DNA of 64,000 nucleotides from the NCBI GenBank assembly GCA_963920595.1, contig OY986949.1, positions 124,001 to 188,000 on the forward strand. The letters run 5' to 3'. Positions 45,901 to 64,000 of the stretch are shown piece after piece. The notes under the pieces were generated by a model. The model did not search any database. It was not told the origin of the DNA and was given only the letters and a program-made list of their open reading frames with translations. Each line of letters starts with the position of its first letter. The first letter of the stretch is position 1. The DNA is from Eimeria praecox (Eukaryota). The translations under genes and the position numbers were made by a program.

Positions 45901-48367
45901 AATGTGTTACTGGCTACGCCTTCTTTCGTGCAAGCGTCGTGCTGCTTTACACAATCTGTCAAGGTCGTGTCGTCCGCCGTGGCCAGCCTTTCGCTGTTCC
46001 CGTCTTTCCGCAGAACAAATGCCACCATGTAACCGGCGTCATCATAAACCCTCAGGAAGACATGATACAAAGGATCGAGCAGTCACTCCCTCCTCCTACT
46101 ACGTTCTGCACTGCATACCTACTGAAATGCCTCGTCAATCCGATAAAATCGTTTGTAATGCCAGACTCTGGTTCGGATGTCCCGTCTAGCAAGTGCGTTT
46201 CGCAGCGCCGAAAGATGCTGCCCGGAATGACACCACAGAAGACCGCAGCTAAAGCAACACGAACTCCCGCTTCATTTCACACTGCAAATGCGGAGCTCTG
46301 CACGCGTTCACACATGCATCCATGCATACAGCCGGGGAAATTAAAACACAAACGTACTCATAACTGCGCCAAAAAGGTGGATTGGTTTCCGGTGCGTCAG
46401 GCTCCCGACAAACGTTCCTAGTTACTTCACGCTTCGTAACTCAAAACGTCCGGCAACTAATTGTGTCCATACTCTCTGGCCAAATCAGCGGGTAACCGCA
46501 CCGTTAGAGGGCTTCGCCACATCGCGTCCGCATACGCACGCACACAAAATACAAAAGCCCATCATGCTCATACGCACGCCGATCCGTAGACGCCAATCGT
46601 TGAAGTGCTGCGTAGACGACGCTCATATCAAATACAGCTCGCGAGTCTAATCCTAGCCTCAAAGCAATTGCAGAACAATACAGCTGGCAGCATAGGGCCT
46701 AATTGCCGCATCGCGGTTCTTTGGAAGAGCAGGGAAAATAGAAATTTTTCGAGACGGCAAAGAAGTATCGCGCAAGCGAGTTAAGGTGTGTTGATTCATT
46801 TCTGACTCTAGTGAGGAAGGAAACCTGTCACAAAAATCTTGCCGCGATAAGCCTAGCTCGAAACGTATCGGCGGCACATTCATTAATTGCACCTCCTCCG
46901 AACACAAAGCAGCTGAACTAAAGTAACAAAAACAGAAACATGCACGTGCACTAAACACTCTGGTTCTTTTGGTTATGAAGCAGCCACAAACCGAGCCAAG
47001 GGCTATGCAGTGTTTCCGTGCAAGTACGATGAGCACACGCACAATTTGTGCGGGTCACGCCACCGGCCACATCCTGCCATCCACACAGCAACCAGCATCA
47101 TACATAGGCGGTCTAACCCACAAACCTACTTACCAATTTACGTAAATCAGATCCCAGTCGCTGCTGCCTCACTCCACATACTGCGTTGCTCATATGCTGC
47201 TTTCCAGATCGCGGACATCGCTTGCAAGGCCCGAAGCTGTCTCGCGAACGCACATCCCTGCGCAAAAATACCCAACTCCAGCAAAAGGCAAAGAAGAACA
47301 CAGCCAAAGCAAAAGGACCTCCCACTTCTTTTCCCACTCTGCCTCCACACATATGCAGGCACGCACGCCCTCATGCAATGCCTAAAACCAGACACCCTGA
47401 ACCACAACAGTGTAAAATCGCCAGACACAAGAGGCGCATGCCTCTGAAGACATACTTCCTTAAAATGCAGCAGACGATAGTAAGGCAACACAAAGCTTCT
47501 CCGCATCGCGTCCGCATACGCGCGCACACAAACTGCAAAAGCCCCCCATGCTCGCATACGCAGGTTCCGAAGTTCTACGCGATAAAATGCTGCATATAAT
47601 CCAACCACCAGATAAACCTCATCTCAAGCACGGCAGATGAACCTGACCCTAGTCTGAACGCAATTGCAGAACGATACGCCAAGCAGCATAGAGGCTAACA
47701 GCCATATCATGTTATTTGCAAGAGCCGAGAAAATCGACATTTTTCAAAACAATGAAGATATATCACGCAAGTGAACTTAGCTGCGTCGAATAATTTTTGC
47801 CTCTTGTGAGGATGCAAGCTTGCCACGGAGATCCTGCCGAAACATGGCTAGTTGAAAAGCCTATCAGCGACACATTCATACACACCACTTTCTCCAAAAC
47901 GCAAAGCAGCTTAACTAATTAGACCAAACCAGAAATGCCCGCCTGCACTACAAGGTCCGCTTGCGTTTGCCGTTTGCTACAACAGGATGAGCCCCATATT
48001 ACAAGTTGTTCCATGCAATTCCCATTCATGTAGACACAATTCGCGTTCTCCGCGCGTCCGGCCTCAGCCTGACCTTGGCTATTAGCGCCCTCAGCAGAAC
48101 AGCTACCAATAATACACAATCAGGCCAGCATCCATTCCCACGCAACTAAACCCACAAATAAAGGCGTATGCGAAACAGTCTGAAACGCAAACGCACCCAT
48201 AACTGCGTCGAGAAAAAGATGCTGCCTCTGTTTCAGGCGTTCTACAAACTGATCTAGATGCTGTGCGCTCCGCATTTCCAAGCACCTGGCAGTCAATTAT
48301 GTGCATACCTCCTGGGCAGAGCAGCGTTTGACCTGAAGGCCAGAGCAGGATTAGCCATACCGCGCCC
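42984..48367. repeat. Internal direct duplication, period 2,709 bp (42984-45658 and 45673-48367) with a 14 nt filler
   Basis: CCATACCGCGCCC ends at both 45658 and 48367. After 45658 the sequence restarts at CTACT..CATG.GTGAAACTATGCAACGG, as at 42984. Confidence 0.92.
43811..44794. repeat. Optional single monomer (984 bp) bounded by the direct repeat CATCGCGTCCGCATACGC
   Basis: The repeat lies at 43811 and 44795. The same module is at ~46520-47503 and 54711-55694, and is absent from units 1 (~36697) and 4 (~62651). Confidence 0.88.
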
Positions 48368-48708
48368 GTAAACGCTCGCACACAGGCTGCAAAACCGCAA
48401 GGTGCTCCTACACGCTGGTGCCTTAAATCTCATCCAACAGCTACGGATGCTCTTACCTAAGCGAGCTGATTTCGAACATACAAAACGAAAAACGGGACGG
48501 CGTAGAAACAGCGAAACAATGCACATGGCTGTACGTGGCACCTTTGTCGAGTATTGTCGAGTTATTATCCGTCGGAAAAACACTGAAAATATGGAACGTT
48601 CAGTGTGGAGGAAGTTGCGTGGTAACTGTACCCATGAATAATAGTTACGTGGTGAATCGCATAACAATTGTAGATGCACGAATAATAACTATGTTATAAA
48701 CAAATGCG

Positions 48709-63855
<15,147 letters not shown>

Positions 63856-64000
63856 CCAATCGCACATAACGCCTACAACGCGCTTTCCTCCTTCTCCTTC
63901 AATAAATATGGATGCGTGCCACGAATACCTTGGCGTGGCAAAGCTAGCTCGAAAGAATATCTGCCAAACAAGCAGAATATGCACCTACTCCGAACACCAA
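63856..64000. repeat. Start of HOR-B unit 5 (array continues beyond the window)
   Basis: Matches the unit start at 30941-31085 (GGATGCGTGCCACGAATACCTTGGCGTGGCAAAGCTAGCTCG). Confidence 0.9.

Overview
No credible protein-coding gene, RNA gene, transposon ORF or CRISPR array is visible. The whole 64 kb is a eukaryote-like, nested tandem-repeat (macrosatellite) array. Level 1: a strongly diverged, head-to-tail ~1 kb monomer runs across the entire window in one orientation, recognisable by an ordered set of short conserved boxes (CTACCACG..TGCGCTGCACATATGCTGCCTCAC; CAGACAGCC; GCATACTTCCTGGGC; CCATGCTCAC..GCAGG; GCAGCTGGCTGCATGG). Level 2: the monomers form two higher-order repeat (HOR) families. 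HOR-A has a period of 10,732-10,734 bp (about 11 monomer equivalents, ~2.9 near-identical copies, 1-~30,810). HOR-B has four complete units of 6,836, 10,932, 8,190 and 6,957 bp plus the start of a fifth (30,941-64,000). Each complete B unit carries a 0.9-1.2 kb AT-rich block with a long (TATATG)n tract lying inside the most conserved monomer box. The A-to-B transition occurs in register within a monomer shared by both families. B units differ by whole-monomer gain/loss, a 2,709 bp internal duplication with a filler junction, small microhomology deletions and mosaic SNP tracts. Some monomer segments keep exact, frame-compatible lengths despite heavy substitution, which hints at a fossil coding exon, but this is unproven. 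Roughly balanced GC with frequent GCATGC/TGCATGCA is compatible with a coccidian apicomplexan (Eimeria-like); that is inference only. All alignments were done by eye.
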